The position numbers and the translations under genes are program-made. From positions 1,504,001 to 1,568,000 of the forward strand of contig CAXXDV010000001.1 in the NCBI GenBank assembly GCA_963674745.2: a stretch of 64,000 nucleotides of DNA. Reading direction: 5' to 3'. Positions 49,919-60,361 of this stretch are shown here, piece after piece. The DNA is from Desulfosudaceae bacterium (GTDB taxonomy: Bacteria > Desulfobacterota > Desulfobacteria > Desulfobacterales > Desulfosudaceae). Under the pieces are notes generated by a model. The model made no database searches and was not told the origin of the DNA. It worked only from the letters and a program-made list of their open reading frames with translations. Numbering within the stretch: the first letter of the stretch is position 1; each line of letters begins with the position of its first letter.

Positions 49919-50563
49919 TTAACGGCTCAACATCTCAACCTTTTTAGCAAAACCTTCCAGCAACTCATGTCTGACCTCGTCTTCACTTCCGGCCGCGTCG
50001 ATGATTAAAAACCGCTCCGGTTCCCGTTGAGCGATTTTTCGGTATCCTTTTCGTACCCGGTTATGAAAATCCAGCTTCTCGGATTCAAAGCGGTGGTCGG
50101 CGCTGCCTTCTTCGTTTCGTTTGATGCGTTCCCAGGCCCGGGCCAGTCCGGTTTCCGGGGGCAGGTCAAAAAGGATGGTGATGTCCGGTTTTACGTCGCC
50201 GGTCGCGACCCGGTTGAGCAGGGCGATCAACTCCCTGTCCAGCCCCCGGGCAAACCCCTGGTAGGCCTCGGTGGCATCGCAGAACCGGTCACAGATAACA
50301 GCTTTTGCTTCAGCCAGGGCCGGTAAAATAACGGTCTGGACATGCTGGGCCCGATCGGCCGCGTAAAGAAACATTTCGGCTTCCGGCGTGATGTCCTTGT
50401 TGGCGGGGTCAAGCAGCACGGACCGGATTTTTTCTCCGGTCGGTGTTCCCCCCGGTTCCCGGGTGACGAGACAATCATATCCCCGGTTTTCCAGAAAGCG
50501 AACCAGATGGGGAAGCTGGGTCGTTTTGCCCGCGCCTTCGGTTCCCTCCAGGGTGATGAACAT
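49919..50563 (-). CDS. tmk: Thymidylate kinase
   Basis: FITLEGTEGAGKT, TREPGG and DRF motifs. Confidence 0.95.
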   Translation of the reverse strand: MFITLEGTEGAGKTTQLPHLVRFLENRGYDCLVTREPGGTPTGEKIRSVLLDPANKDITPEAEMFLYAADRAQHVQTVILPALAEAKAVICDRFCDATEAYQGFARGLDRELIALLNRVATGDVKPDITILFDLPPETGLARAWERIKRNEEGSADHRFESEKLDFHNRVRKGYRKIAQREPERFLIIDAAGSEDEVRHELLEGFAKKVEMLSR

Positions 50564-50642
50564 CGTCAACTCTTTAATTTAATGTGGTTTTTTATTGACA
50601 TGCACATGCCACATTGTGGTATGGTAAGCATGTTTTCTAAAT

Positions 50643-51098
50643 ATGACACTGTCAGGGGGAAACCTCAAGAATTTTCTGGAGACAATCGTGACCGGACAAG
50701 AGTTTGCGACATTGCGCAAACAGTTTGATAAAACACAGAAAGAGATGGCCCAGTTGCTGGGTGTTTCCATCAAGGCGGTTCACAGTTATGAACAGGGCTG
50801 GCGTTCGGTTCCGGATCATGTGGAAAAGCAGTTGCTGTTGTTGACGGTCAGTCTCAGTCCGGGCCGGGCCGGTCAAAAGGACTGCTGGGTCGTCAACAAG
50901 TGTCCGACCCGGGTCAGGCGCCGGTGTCCGGCCTGGCAATTTAACCGGGGTTCCCTGTGCTGGTTGATCAACGGGACGATATGCAACGGCAGGGTGCATA
51001 AAACCTGGAAGGAAAAGATCCGGATGTGCCGCTCGTGTCCTGTCTTGACCACACTGCTGGAGGACGCCCCGAACGTAAAGCTGTTGAATATTAAATAA
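50643..51098 (+). CDS. XRE-family HTH regulator with Cys-rich (two-CW type) C-terminal domain
   Basis: TQKEMAQLLGVS..YEQG; CW...C...CPAW...CW...C...CRSC. Confidence 0.8.
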   Translation: MTLSGGNLKNFLETIVTGQEFATLRKQFDKTQKEMAQLLGVSIKAVHSYEQGWRSVPDHVEKQLLLLTVSLSPGRAGQKDCWVVNKCPTRVRRRCPAWQFNRGSLCWLINGTICNGRVHKTWKEKIRMCRSCPVLTTLLEDAPNVKLLNIK

Positions 51099-51143
51099 GA
51101 GGAACTCGTAAAAAGTCATAATTGGGCTTTTTATGAAGCCATC
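51099..51143. repeat. Short degenerate inverted repeat (mini-MITE-like)
   Basis: GAGGAACTCGTAAAAAGTC...GGCTTTTTATGAAGCCATC. Confidence 0.5.
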
Positions 51144-51161
51144 AAAAAAGGAGCGGGTCAA

Positions 51162-52421
51162 ATGAACGATACATCCCGTCCGGCCTTTCATACCCGGGTG
51201 GTACATCACACCCCGCCGGAAGACCGGTGGCAGGGCGCCACGTTGCCGCCCATTTTTCAGAACGCGGCCTTTGCCCACAAGACAGCGGAAAATCTGAGCC
51301 AGACCTTTGCCGGCCAAACCGGCGACCCGGTTTATTCCCGGCTGACCAACCCGACCAACCAGGCCCTGGAGAAAGTTCTGGCCGACCTGGAAGGCGGGGC
51401 CGGCGCCATTGTTATGGCTTCGGGAATGGCCGCGGTGACCAATACCTGCATGGCCCTGCTGCGGACCGGCGATGAATTCCTGGCCGGGACCTCTTTGTTC
51501 ATGTCGACCTATCAGCTGTTTACCGGTGTGTTTAAAAAATACGGCATCACGGCCAAACCGTTGGATACCCTTGACCCGGCCGGACTGAAGACGGCCGCGA
51601 ATGACAAAACCCGGTTTGTATACCTGGAAACCATCGGCAATCCGGCCCTGGATGTCCCTGATATCCGGGCCATGGCCGACGCGGCCCATACTTTCGGCCT
51701 GCCCCTGGTGGTGGACAATACCCTGGCCTCGCCGTTTTTGTGTCGACCCCTTGAACTGGGGGCGGATGTGGTGGTTTATTCCACCACCAAGTATTTGTGC
51801 GGCCACGGGGCAGCCGTCGGCGGTGCCGTGGTTGACGGCGGCACCTTTGACTGGAACAAAGAGCGCTTTACCGATTTCGCGCCCTTTGTGGAAAGAAAAG
51901 GACCTCTGGCCCTGCTCGACAGGATCTGGCGGGAGCATCACATCAACTTCGGCACCACCCAGGCCCCTCTCCACGCCTACCTGACCCTGATCGGTATCGA
52001 CACCCTGGCCCTCCGCATGGAACGCCACCTGTCCAATGCCATGGCCGTTGCCCGGTTTCTGGAAAAACGGCCCGAGGTGGCCTGGGTGAATTATCCCGGC
52101 CTTGACGATCACCCCTGCCACGAGACAGCCAACCGCCAGTTCGGCGGTCTGGGCTTCGGCGGCCTGCTGACGTTCGGTCTCAAAGACCAGGCCGCCTGCT
52201 TTGATTTTATCAACCACCTGAAGCTGATCCGGCACCTGGCCAACCTGGGGGATTGCCGGACCCTGATCATTCACCCGTTTTCAACCCAGTACGTGTCGTT
52301 TGACGACGCCGTTCGAAAACGGATGGCCATCGGGCCGGAAATGCTGCGACTGTCGGTCGGTATCGAGGCGGTCGATGATATTTGTGCCGATATCGGACAG
52401 GCCCTGGAGAATGCCGGATGA
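51162..52421 (+). CDS. metY: O-acetylhomoserine sulfhydrylase
   Basis: [23 protein letters not shown] (PLP lysine) and ANLGD; in an operon with metX and metW. Confidence 0.85.
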   Translation: MNDTSRPAFHTRVVHHTPPEDRWQGATLPPIFQNAAFAHKTAENLSQTFAGQTGDPVYSRLTNPTNQALEKVLADLEGGAGAIVMASGMAAVTNTCMALLRTGDEFLAGTSLFMSTYQLFTGVFKKYGITAKPLDTLDPAGLKTAANDKTRFVYLETIGNPALDVPDIRAMADAAHTFGLPLVVDNTLASPFLCRPLELGADVVVYSTTKYLCGHGAAVGGAVVDGGTFDWNKERFTDFAPFVERKGPLALLDRIWREHHINFGTTQAPLHAYLTLIGIDTLALRMERHLSNAMAVARFLEKRPEVAWVNYPGLDDHPCHETANRQFGGLGFGGLLTFGLKDQAACFDFINHLKLIRHLANLGDCRTLIIHPFSTQYVSFDDAVRKRMAIGPEMLRLSVGIEAVDDICADIGQALENAG

Positions 52422-53578
52422 GCGAATATATCGAACACGACAGAAACGGCCGCTCGGTTGGACTGGTGGAAAAACAGTATTTCACCTTTGCCGGCCCGCC
52501 GGATGAAATGGGGCTTGAAAGCGGCGCCGGCCTGGGGCCGGTTACCCTGGCCTATGAAACCTATGGCGCGCTTAACGCCGATAAAAGCAACGCCGTACTG
52601 GTGGCCCATGCCCTGACCGGGGATTCCCATGCCGCGGGTTATTTCAACGAAAGTGACGCCAAGCCCGGCTGGTGGGACATTATGATCGGGCCGGGCAAGG
52701 GCATCGATACCGACAGGTATTTTGTCATCTGTTCCAACGTCGTCGGCGGCTGCATGGGTTCCACCGGCCCATCGTCCATCAATCCGGCCACGGACAGGCC
52801 TTATGCCGGTAATTTTCCGGTTATTACCATCGGCGACATGGTCAAGGCCCAGAAAGCCCTGGTCGACCATTTGGGTATCGAGCAACTGCTGTCGGTGGTG
52901 GGCGGCTCCATGGGCGGCATGCAGGTGCTGGAATGGAGCATGCAATATCCGGAAATGGTGGTTTCGGCCATTCCTCTGGCCACCACGACCCGTCACTCGG
53001 CCCTGGCCATTGCCTTTAACGAGGTGGCCCGGCAGGCCATCATGGCCGATCCGAACTGGAACCGGGGTGACTATTACAATGGTCAGAAGCCGGACATGGG
53101 CCTGGCCGTGGCCCGCATGATCGGCCATATTACCTATCTGTCGGACGAGGCCATGCGCCAGAAATTCGGAAGGCGGCTACAGGAAAAAACAGCCGTTTCT
53201 TTCGGCTTTGATGCCGACTTTCAGGTGGAAAGCTACCTTCGCTACCAGGGGGCCCGTTTCGTGGAGCGGTTTGACGCCAATTCCTTTCTTTACATCACCC
53301 GGGCCGCCGATTATTTTGACCTGGAAGACCAGCACGGCGGCGGCTTGGCCGTGGCGGCTTTTGAAAAAACCCGGGCCCGTTTTCTGGTGATCTCCTTTAC
53401 GTCGGACTGGCTCTATCCCACTTACCAGTCCAGGGCCATGGTGACCGCCATGAAAAAGAACGGTCTGGACGTCAGTTTCTGTGAAATAGAGGCCGAATGG
53501 GGCCATGACGCTTTTCTGGTCCCCAACCCGCGCTTGAGCGCACTGATAAGAGGTTTTCTGGACAGTGTATCCATCTGA
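52418..53578 (+). CDS. metX: Homoserine O-acetyltransferase
   Basis: HALTGD, GGSMGG, FDAN and GHDAF motifs; ATGA overlap with metY. Confidence 0.93.
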   Translation: MSEYIEHDRNGRSVGLVEKQYFTFAGPPDEMGLESGAGLGPVTLAYETYGALNADKSNAVLVAHALTGDSHAAGYFNESDAKPGWWDIMIGPGKGIDTDRYFVICSNVVGGCMGSTGPSSINPATDRPYAGNFPVITIGDMVKAQKALVDHLGIEQLLSVVGGSMGGMQVLEWSMQYPEMVVSAIPLATTTRHSALAIAFNEVARQAIMADPNWNRGDYYNGQKPDMGLAVARMIGHITYLSDEAMRQKFGRRLQEKTAVSFGFDADFQVESYLRYQGARFVERFDANSFLYITRAADYFDLEDQHGGGLAVAAFEKTRARFLVISFTSDWLYPTYQSRAMVTAMKKNGLDVSFCEIEAEWGHDAFLVPNPRLSALIRGFLDSVSI

Positions 53579-53612
53579 CGATAATACCAATACCACCGAT
53601 TTCAAATCAAAG

Positions 53613-54218
53613 ATGCGTTTTGATTTGTCCATCATCGCCTCCTGGATCGAGCCGGGATCCCGGATCCTGGGCCTGGGCTGCGGCGAAGGAGAGCTGCTCC
53701 ATTTTTTAAAAACCAGAAAGCAGGTAAGGGAGACGGGCATCGAAATCGTCGAATCCCGCGTGGCCCGGTGCATTGAAAAAGGGCTGTGCGTGCTTCAGGG
53801 GGATATCAACCGGGAAGTGGAAGATTATCCGGACAATGCCTTTGATTACGTTATTCTGAGCCAGACCCTTCAGCAGGTGTATGACCCGCAACAGTTGATT
53901 AAATCGATGCTGCGGGTGGGAAGAAAAGCCGTGGTCAGTTTTCCCAATTTCGGTCACTGGCGAATACGGACCCAATTGCTGTTCTCGGGGCGCTCTCCGA
54001 TTACCGAGCAACTTCCCTATCAGTGGTATGATTCGCCCAATATCCGGGTACTGAGCATCCGGGATTTTCGCATCTTCGCCCGGGCCATGGGCATGCGCAT
54101 TGTCAGGGAGGTCGCCACTTCACCGGGGCGAACCGCCGACACGGGAACCATTGTCCGGTTGGCGCCCAACCTGATGGCCACCTACGGCATTTTTCTGCTT
54201 GAAAAAGACCGCCCCTGA
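53613..54218 (+). CDS. metW: Methionine biosynthesis protein MetW
   Basis: LGCGEG, LSQTLQQ, SFPNFGHW and WYDSPNIR motifs. Confidence 0.92.
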   Translation: MRFDLSIIASWIEPGSRILGLGCGEGELLHFLKTRKQVRETGIEIVESRVARCIEKGLCVLQGDINREVEDYPDNAFDYVILSQTLQQVYDPQQLIKSMLRVGRKAVVSFPNFGHWRIRTQLLFSGRSPITEQLPYQWYDSPNIRVLSIRDFRIFARAMGMRIVREVATSPGRTADTGTIVRLAPNLMATYGIFLLEKDRP

Positions 54219-54291
54219 CCCCTTCCAAGGCGTTAAAAGGAGCAATCCCTCGTGGAAGCCCTGCCGCCGTTAACCAGCCCTCGAAAAATAC

Positions 54292-54325
54292 TTGAAAAGG
54301 GTTTTGGTATGACATATTATCATAC
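54292..54325 (+). promoter_or_regulatory. TA promoter with palindromic operator
   Basis: TTGAAA-17-TATTAT, overlapped by GTATGA-N7-TCATAC. Confidence 0.7.
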
Positions 54326-54340
54326 TCGGAGGTGATAAAA

Positions 54341-54583
54341 ATGGCAGCATCAAAGATTGCAATTACAATGGATGACAAGACGTTAAAACGGCTTGATTCT
54401 CTCGTGAAGTCCAAATTTTTTCCAAATCGCAGCAATGCGATTCAGCAAGCAGTTACTGAAAAACTGAATCGAATTGACAAAAGCCGTCTTGCCCATGAGT
54501 GCGCCAAACTTGACCCGGAATTCGAACAATCTCTAGCTGAGGAAGGATTCTCATCGGAGCTGGAAGAATGGCCAGAATATTAA
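54341..54583 (+). CDS. Ribbon-helix-helix (CopG-type) antitoxin
   Basis: KIAITMD...[10 protein letters not shown]; overlaps the toxin gene. Confidence 0.88.
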   Translation: MAASKIAITMDDKTLKRLDSLVKSKFFPNRSNAIQQAVTEKLNRIDKSRLAHECAKLDPEFEQSLAEEGFSSELEEWPEY

Positions 54584-54906
54584 GGGGAGACATCCACTGG
54601 GCAGATTTAAATCCAGTTATTGGAAGTGAACAGGGCGGTTTACGCCCGGTTCTTATTTTAAGCCACAATGTGTTTAATGAGAGATCCGGAACGGTCATTG
54701 CCGTTGCAATTACCAGCCAGCCGCAAAAAGCTGGCTACCCATTGACCTTGGAGCTTGAAACATCGGGGCTCCCAAAAAAATCCTGGGTAAAAATCAGTCA
54801 AATTCGAGTTCTTTCCAAAAAGCGAATTGGGAAAAAGATTACAAAAGCATCTGATGAAGAACTGGCGCTCATTATAGATGGTTTAAATGAAATAATTGGT
54901 GGTTAA
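54568..54906 (+). CDS. mazF: MazF/PemK endoribonuclease toxin
   Basis: [27 protein letters not shown] motif. Confidence 0.93.
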   Translation: MARILRGDIHWADLNPVIGSEQGGLRPVLILSHNVFNERSGTVIAVAITSQPQKAGYPLTLELETSGLPKKSWVKISQIRVLSKKRIGKKITKASDEELALIIDGLNEIIGG

Positions 54907-54958
54907 CCAGTCACTGTTGCGGGCTTGCTTCACTCGCCGCAAAGTTCCGCCGTTATAC
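54901..54958 (+). repeat. Short (58-bp) attC site
   Basis: GGTTAAC...ACT(G)TTGCGG/CCGCAAAGT stem...GTTATAC; the R'' box complements GTTAACC at 54269. Confidence 0.75.
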
Positions 54959-54978
54959 GAAAAAAAACAAGACGGTTT

Positions 54979-55488
54979 ATGACGACGATTAAATCAATCA
55001 TTTTCATAATTCTATTGCCGGGCGCTGTGATGTTTTATGTCCCCTATTATTTAATATCTTTAAAATTTGAGTTGTTCTTCCCGGATACTGGCGCTTTCAG
55101 GTTCACGGGTTTAATACCGATTTCGACAGGAACGGCTATTGCCCTCTGGTGCGTTTGGGATTTTATAAATACCGGGAAAGGCACGCCTGCCCCGATTGAC
55201 CCGCCTAAATATCTTGTGGTTAAAGGCCTTTATCGTTTAACACGGAATCCGATGTATGTTGGCGTTTTATTCGTCTTGTTCGGCGAAGCGCTGCTTTTTG
55301 AATCGACGGCATTAATCATTTATTCATTTCTTGTGTGGCTCCTGTTTTATTCCTTTGTGATGTTATATGAAGAACCGACCTTAAAAGGTAAATTCGGGGA
55401 CGCTTATTTACAGTATATTGACGCTGTGCCGAGATGGTTGCCTGACATTCATTTGTTTATGAAAACGTTGAACAGAAAAAACCAGTAA
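54979..55488 (+). CDS. Isoprenylcysteine carboxyl methyltransferase-family membrane protein
   Basis: GKGTPAP, LVVKGLYRLTRNPMY and EEPTL..FG motifs. Confidence 0.85.
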   Translation: MTTIKSIIFIILLPGAVMFYVPYYLISLKFELFFPDTGAFRFTGLIPISTGTAIALWCVWDFINTGKGTPAPIDPPKYLVVKGLYRLTRNPMYVGVLFVLFGEALLFESTALIIYSFLVWLLFYSFVMLYEEPTLKGKFGDAYLQYIDAVPRWLPDIHLFMKTLNRKNQ

Positions 55489-55703
55489 AATTGTATAAAA
55501 AAACGTTCGACTTAAAAGGGGGGCAAGTGAAACGGATCGTCTTGTTTTTGATTTTGTTTGCTATTTTCCATCAAAAAGCAACGGATCCTTGGCCCGCTCG
55601 GCTATCTCCTCAAAGGGGCCTGGTGGACGGTTGAAAAACTGTTTGTGATTCAGGAATAAGGAGTCGAACAATTCTCTCACCTGATCGGTTCCGAGGAAAA
55701 AAA

Positions 55704-56480
55704 TTGATCCGGAGGAGTTTGCCCAACCTTTTTGCTTTCGGGGTCGGGCTGGGCCTGGCTTATTTTTTGGAATGGGAGACCACGGACCTGGTCTGGAGCC
55801 TGTGGCTGTGCAGCCTGGTATTGGGATACCTTACAATCCTGTCGGCGATCGCCGGCGGTGCTTATATCGGGCTGTGTGTGATCGGGCATGAGGATTTCGA
55901 TCAGAAATATCGTATGCCGGCCATTTTTGCCGGAATCGGGATCGGCTTGTTTTTTCTGGGGTTCTTCTCGCTTCACTTCTGCGGTTTTCATGCCGGACAT
56001 TCGGTTTTCCTCAGACAGTTTTTTCCTGTTCCCGGTATGCCGGACGATGGGTTCGGCGCCGCATTCATGAATCCGCCGCTTCTGTGGATGCTGGTGTTCA
56101 GGCACCTGGTGATACCCTATGGCGTTTTCCTTGTTCCGGCGCTTATTGTGGAAAGAAAACATGTGTTCAAGCCGTTGATCAAGGCGGTTGGCACTGTGCG
56201 CAATGGTTTAAGCGCAGACCGCATGGTGGACGGGTTTAAAAACCTGAAGAAGAAAGGCAAAAACAATGCGCTTTTAAGTGATGCAATGGGCCGACCCTAC
56301 CTTAATGTTGTGCGCATGCACCTGCTGATATTCTTTTTCGCTTTTTGCCATTTCTTGAAGATCGATTCTTTTGTCGTTTATGCCGTTGTTTATGCCGTCT
56401 ATTTCTTCCCCTGGAACGAAATAAGGAACATCAAGAAGGAACGAAGCCGGGCACATGAAGGACTCGAACAGAGTTTGTAA
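55704..56480 (+). CDS. Multi-pass membrane protein (DUF6498-like)
   Basis: FFSLHFCGFHAGH and PYLNVVRMH motifs. Confidence 0.65.
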   Translation: MIRRSLPNLFAFGVGLGLAYFLEWETTDLVWSLWLCSLVLGYLTILSAIAGGAYIGLCVIGHEDFDQKYRMPAIFAGIGIGLFFLGFFSLHFCGFHAGHSVFLRQFFPVPGMPDDGFGAAFMNPPLLWMLVFRHLVIPYGVFLVPALIVERKHVFKPLIKAVGTVRNGLSADRMVDGFKNLKKKGKNNALLSDAMGRPYLNVVRMHLLIFFFAFCHFLKIDSFVVYAVVYAVYFFPWNEIRNIKKERSRAHEGLEQSL

Positions 56481-56506
56481 TCGGTTTTTTTTGTATGTAA
56501 ATTACT

Positions 56507-57478
56507 TCATTTGTCTTTTTTATTGCCGATATAGAAGAATCGCTCCATGGGCCGGTGGAACGGGGTCCAGGTCTGTCCGGGTTCCTGCTGGGACATAAAG
56601 GCGCTTACGCCGACGATCTTGGCGTCGATTTCATCGATGTGATTCAACACCAGGGCTTCCAGTGTCTTGGGCGGTTCCGGAGACCCGAACTCCCGGTTGC
56701 CGTGATGGCTGGCGACCAGGTGCTTGAGTTGAAGCGCGGTTTCTTCGGGAAAAAACGCGCCCAGCTGTTCGAGCTTTTCTTCGATCATCAGAATGCCGCA
56801 GACAATATGGTTCAGCAGCCGGCCCTCGTCGGTGTAATCGATGGTCAGGGCGTAGCTGAATTCACGGGTTTTGCCGATATCATGAAGCATGGCTCCGGCC
56901 ACCAGCAGGTCCTGGTCCAGAACGCCGTCATAGCACTGGCAGACTTTCAATGCCAGCTCCACCACCGAAAGGGTGTGCTCGATCAGACCGCCCATGTAAG
57001 CGTGGTGCATCAGCTTGGCGGCCGGTGCCCGTTTGAATTGCTCTTCTACAAATTTTTTGTCGTCCCAGAAAAGCTTCAGCAACGTTTTTATCTGGCCGGA
57101 AGCCATCTTGTTGGTGATCTGGCGCAGACGGCTGAACATGGCGTCCACGTCTTTGTCGGTGGCCGGCAGAAAGTCGGCCGGGTCGATGCCGGTCGGCTCA
57201 ACGGCGGTCAGGTCCTTGACGGTCAGCTGCAGGGAGCTCTGGTATTCGGAAATATCGCCGCTCACGGCCACGCAATTGCCGGCCACGGCCGCGGTGCTGA
57301 TCCGGTCGACATTGTCCCAGGCCACGGCCGGGACACTGCCGGTCCGGTCGGTCAGGACCAGCCTCAAAAAACTGGCGCCGTCCTTTTTTTTGGCCGTGAT
57401 CAGCGAGGAAATGGCGAACACTTCCTTTTCGATTCTGTCCCCTTTGGTCAGGTCAGCTATAAATTTTTTTTTGGTCAT
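56507..57478 (-). CDS. yhaM: YhaM-like 3'-5' exoribonuclease (OB + HD domains)
   Basis: N-terminal OB fold; HHAYMGGLIEH, LHDIGK and SHHG motifs. Confidence 0.88.
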   Translation of the reverse strand: MTKKKFIADLTKGDRIEKEVFAISSLITAKKKDGASFLRLVLTDRTGSVPAVAWDNVDRISTAAVAGNCVAVSGDISEYQSSLQLTVKDLTAVEPTGIDPADFLPATDKDVDAMFSRLRQITNKMASGQIKTLLKLFWDDKKFVEEQFKRAPAAKLMHHAYMGGLIEHTLSVVELALKVCQCYDGVLDQDLLVAGAMLHDIGKTREFSYALTIDYTDEGRLLNHIVCGILMIEEKLEQLGAFFPEETALQLKHLVASHHGNREFGSPEPPKTLEALVLNHIDEIDAKIVGVSAFMSQQEPGQTWTPFHRPMERFFYIGNKKDK

Positions 57479-57479
57479 C

Positions 57480-58250
57480 TCATTTCCGCAGTTTAATCTT
57501 CAGGTCAAGCTTGTTTAATTTTTTGATCATGTCGTCATCGGTCATATCACACCTTAAGGGGGAAACCGAAATATACCCTCTGCTCAGCGCCTCCCGGTCG
57601 GTACCACTGTTCTTCTTTACCTCGGGCGTACTGTAACCATACCAGTAATAGGCGCCGCCCCTGGGATCCCGGCGTTTTTCCACCCAGTCGCCCGGAAAGG
57701 CCATGTCCTGCCGGGTGACTTTGACGCCCTTGAATTCTTCTAAGGGGAGGTCAGGCATGTTTACGTTGATGAGCGTTTTATAGGAGAATCCAAGTGCGGT
57801 CATATTGTCCAGCAGCCGACCGGTGACAATCGCGGCGCTGTCAAAATGAGCCGGCGGTCTGCCGGCCATGGAAACCGCCATGGCGGGAATGCCGTTGATG
57901 CAGGCTTCCCTGGCGGCAGCCACGGTTCCGGAATAAAAGATGTTCACCCCGTCGTTTACCCCGGCATTAATGCCGGAAATCACCATATCCGGTCTGGTGT
58001 CCAGTAGTTTCAGCAGGGCCAGTTTGACACAGTCGGCCGGCGTGCCGAACACGGCATATCCCCGGCCGCTTCCGTCAAGGGCGACTTTTCTGGCACGCAA
58101 CGGTTCGTGCAGGGAAATGCTGTGACCGGTGGCGCTCTGTTCCATGGCCGGGGCGACCACCGTTACCGCATGTTTTTCCGACAACACCCTGTAGAGGGCT
58201 GCCAGACCGTCGGCATCCACCCCGTCATCATTGGTCAGGACAATATTCAT
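57480..58250 (-). CDS. surE: 5'/3'-nucleotidase SurE
   Basis: LTNDDG, GTPADC, SGIN and YSGTV motifs. Confidence 0.95.
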   Translation of the reverse strand: MNIVLTNDDGVDADGLAALYRVLSEKHAVTVVAPAMEQSATGHSISLHEPLRARKVALDGSGRGYAVFGTPADCVKLALLKLLDTRPDMVISGINAGVNDGVNIFYSGTVAAAREACINGIPAMAVSMAGRPPAHFDSAAIVTGRLLDNMTALGFSYKTLINVNMPDLPLEEFKGVKVTRQDMAFPGDWVEKRRDPRGGAYYWYGYSTPEVKKNSGTDREALSRGYISVSPLRCDMTDDDMIKKLNKLDLKIKLRK

Positions 58251-58262
58251 ATCAAACCGCTG

Positions 58263-59717
58263 TCATCCGACTTGCTCCGGGGGCTTCCAGCCGCCGAATA
58301 TTTTTTCGATGATTTCTGCCACGGCCAGGGTGAGATGATCATTCCAGCGGGCGGCGATGATCTGCACGCTGACGGGCAGACCGCCTTCGTTGTAGTAAAC
58401 GGGCATGACCGTTGAAGGAAAGCCCATCACGTTGATCAGGCCTGAATACCCGATGCCCAGCAGGTCGGCCCAGGCATAGCCGTGTTTGGGCGCCGGCGTG
58501 GAAAATATCGGGCAGATCAGGACCCCGTTGTCCCCCAGCCGCTCCTCGATCCGTTGACGAAGGTCATCGGCCAGGGCGAGGATTTTTTTGTTCCGTCCGG
58601 AAAACAGCTGCCCGGGTTTTTCAGCCAGGGAAACCGCCAGTCCCGGCAGGGTAATTTTGCCGCGCCGCAATATAAAGTTAAGGGTTTCATCCACCAGGGA
58701 TATGGCTTCGCCGTCACCCATGATATCGACGAAGGGATGCGGATTCTGGCTCATTCCGGCCTGCCAGATTTCCAGGGACCGGTTGACGCCTTTAGGCCGC
58801 CAGTATTCCACGGGCAGCCCCTGGGCGTGGAGGGCGCCGGCGCACATGTCTACCCCACGCCGGACATCGGCATTAACCCGGGCCATGCCGTTGGATTCAA
58901 AATAAAAAATTTTCAGATCTTTCTTTTTTACGCTCCTGGGAGACGTAAACCCCCGGTCTTCGACAATCGGATCTTTACCGTCCGGCCCCTGAATCAGTTT
59001 TAACAGGGGTGCCAGGTCGGCCACCCGCCGGGCCATGGGGCCATAGGTGTTGTATCTCGCGATGGGTCCCTTTGCTTCCGGCCAGTGACCGTAACCGGGC
59101 ACGCGGCCGCCGGTGGGCTTGTGGCCGGGAATGCCGTTAAAGGCCGATGGAAAACGGATGGAGCCGCCCACGTCGCTGCCTATGCCGAAGGGAGAAGCAC
59201 CCGAGGCGACAATGGCGCCTTCGCCTCCGGAAGAACCGCCCACGCCCCGGGAAAGGTCATAAGGGTTTTTGGAACGGCCGTAAACGTAGTTATAGCTTTC
59301 GATCCACATGGCCGCTTCGGGAACGTTGGTTTTGCCCATGATGATGGCCCCGGATTTTTTAACCCGCTCAACCACGGTGGCGTCAAAATCCGGAATCGTA
59401 TGGCGGCGTTTCCACAAACCGCCCGCCCAGGGAAGCCCGGCCATGGCATAGGTGTCCTTCATGGTGCAGGGTACACCGAAAAACGGGGGAAGTTTCGGTT
59501 TTTTTTTCTCCGCCAGAAGCGCCTCGGCTTTTTTCGCCTCCTCCCTGGCTTCGTCAAACCGGGGGACACACACGGCGTTGATTTTCGGGTTCACCGCTTC
59601 CATTCTGGCCAGGTGAACATCCATGACTTCTACCGGAGAAATCTCCTTTTTTTTGATTTTGTCCGCAATGGCCGTAGCCGACATGGTCAAGAGTTCGTTC
59701 ATCTTTTCCCTCATCAT
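58263..59717 (-). CDS. Amidase-signature enzyme (fatty-acid amide hydrolase-like)
   Basis: GGSSGGEGA and GSDVGGSIR motifs. Confidence 0.9.
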   Translation of the reverse strand: MMREKMNELLTMSATAIADKIKKKEISPVEVMDVHLARMEAVNPKINAVCVPRFDEAREEAKKAEALLAEKKKPKLPPFFGVPCTMKDTYAMAGLPWAGGLWKRRHTIPDFDATVVERVKKSGAIIMGKTNVPEAAMWIESYNYVYGRSKNPYDLSRGVGGSSGGEGAIVASGASPFGIGSDVGGSIRFPSAFNGIPGHKPTGGRVPGYGHWPEAKGPIARYNTYGPMARRVADLAPLLKLIQGPDGKDPIVEDRGFTSPRSVKKKDLKIFYFESNGMARVNADVRRGVDMCAGALHAQGLPVEYWRPKGVNRSLEIWQAGMSQNPHPFVDIMGDGEAISLVDETLNFILRRGKITLPGLAVSLAEKPGQLFSGRNKKILALADDLRQRIEERLGDNGVLICPIFSTPAPKHGYAWADLLGIGYSGLINVMGFPSTVMPVYYNEGGLPVSVQIIAARWNDHLTLAVAEIIEKIFGGWKPPEQVG

Positions 59718-59878
59718 GACAGCTTAAAAAGCGCATTAATCCGGGCCTTTTTACGCGGTCATTTCACCATACAGTTATTAATTAAAACGATTAAAAAGTA
59801 TTCTTACCAGATAAATGAAACAAGTTCAATGCGGCTGTGGTTTGTTGCTTCCAAACGGGCACCTCACGTCTGACCCGA

Positions 59879-60280
59879 TTAATCTGGTAAGGAAATCGGA
59901 CAGATAACCAGCCAGGCGCCGAAGGCCACGCACCAGATGTTGATGGCCGCCATACTGATCAGTTCGTCCAGCCCCAGGCCGTAGATGCCGTTCTGGAGGT
60001 TGAACGAGATGTCGATCACGCCCAGAAACAAAAGACCGCCGGCATTGACCAGGGACAGGGTCCGGCCGGCGGGCCGGCCGCGCAGCACCAGTATGCCGGC
60101 GGCGATCAACCCCAGGGCCAGCAGGCCGTCCGGGGGCGGAAAGGAGTGCTCGAAGGTCAGGTAGCAGGCCGGGGCGTTTTCCGGTACCAGGTTAAAAGAG
60201 AAAAAAGCGATCCAGAACAGAATAATGCCCGCGCCGGTCAATATCATCAGCCAGGCCCGGACAAGGTTAAGTTTTTGCAT
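59879..60280 (-). CDS. Small membrane protein
   Basis: Four hydrophobic segments; GGAGG RBS. Confidence 0.75.
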   Translation of the reverse strand: MQKLNLVRAWLMILTGAGIILFWIAFFSFNLVPENAPACYLTFEHSFPPPDGLLALGLIAAGILVLRGRPAGRTLSLVNAGGLLFLGVIDISFNLQNGIYGLGLDELISMAAINIWCVAFGAWLVICPISLPD

Positions 60281-60361
60281 GATTAAGCCTCCCTCAAGAT
60301 TTGCGCGCCTTGATCTTTAACTTTTTACTTTGCCGCCTGAAATATAATATTTTCGAGATTG

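Noticed and set aside
50652..52274. 540-aa minus-strand ORF
   Set aside because: Antisense shadow of metY and the XRE gene, typical of GC-rich codon bias; no recognisable motifs.
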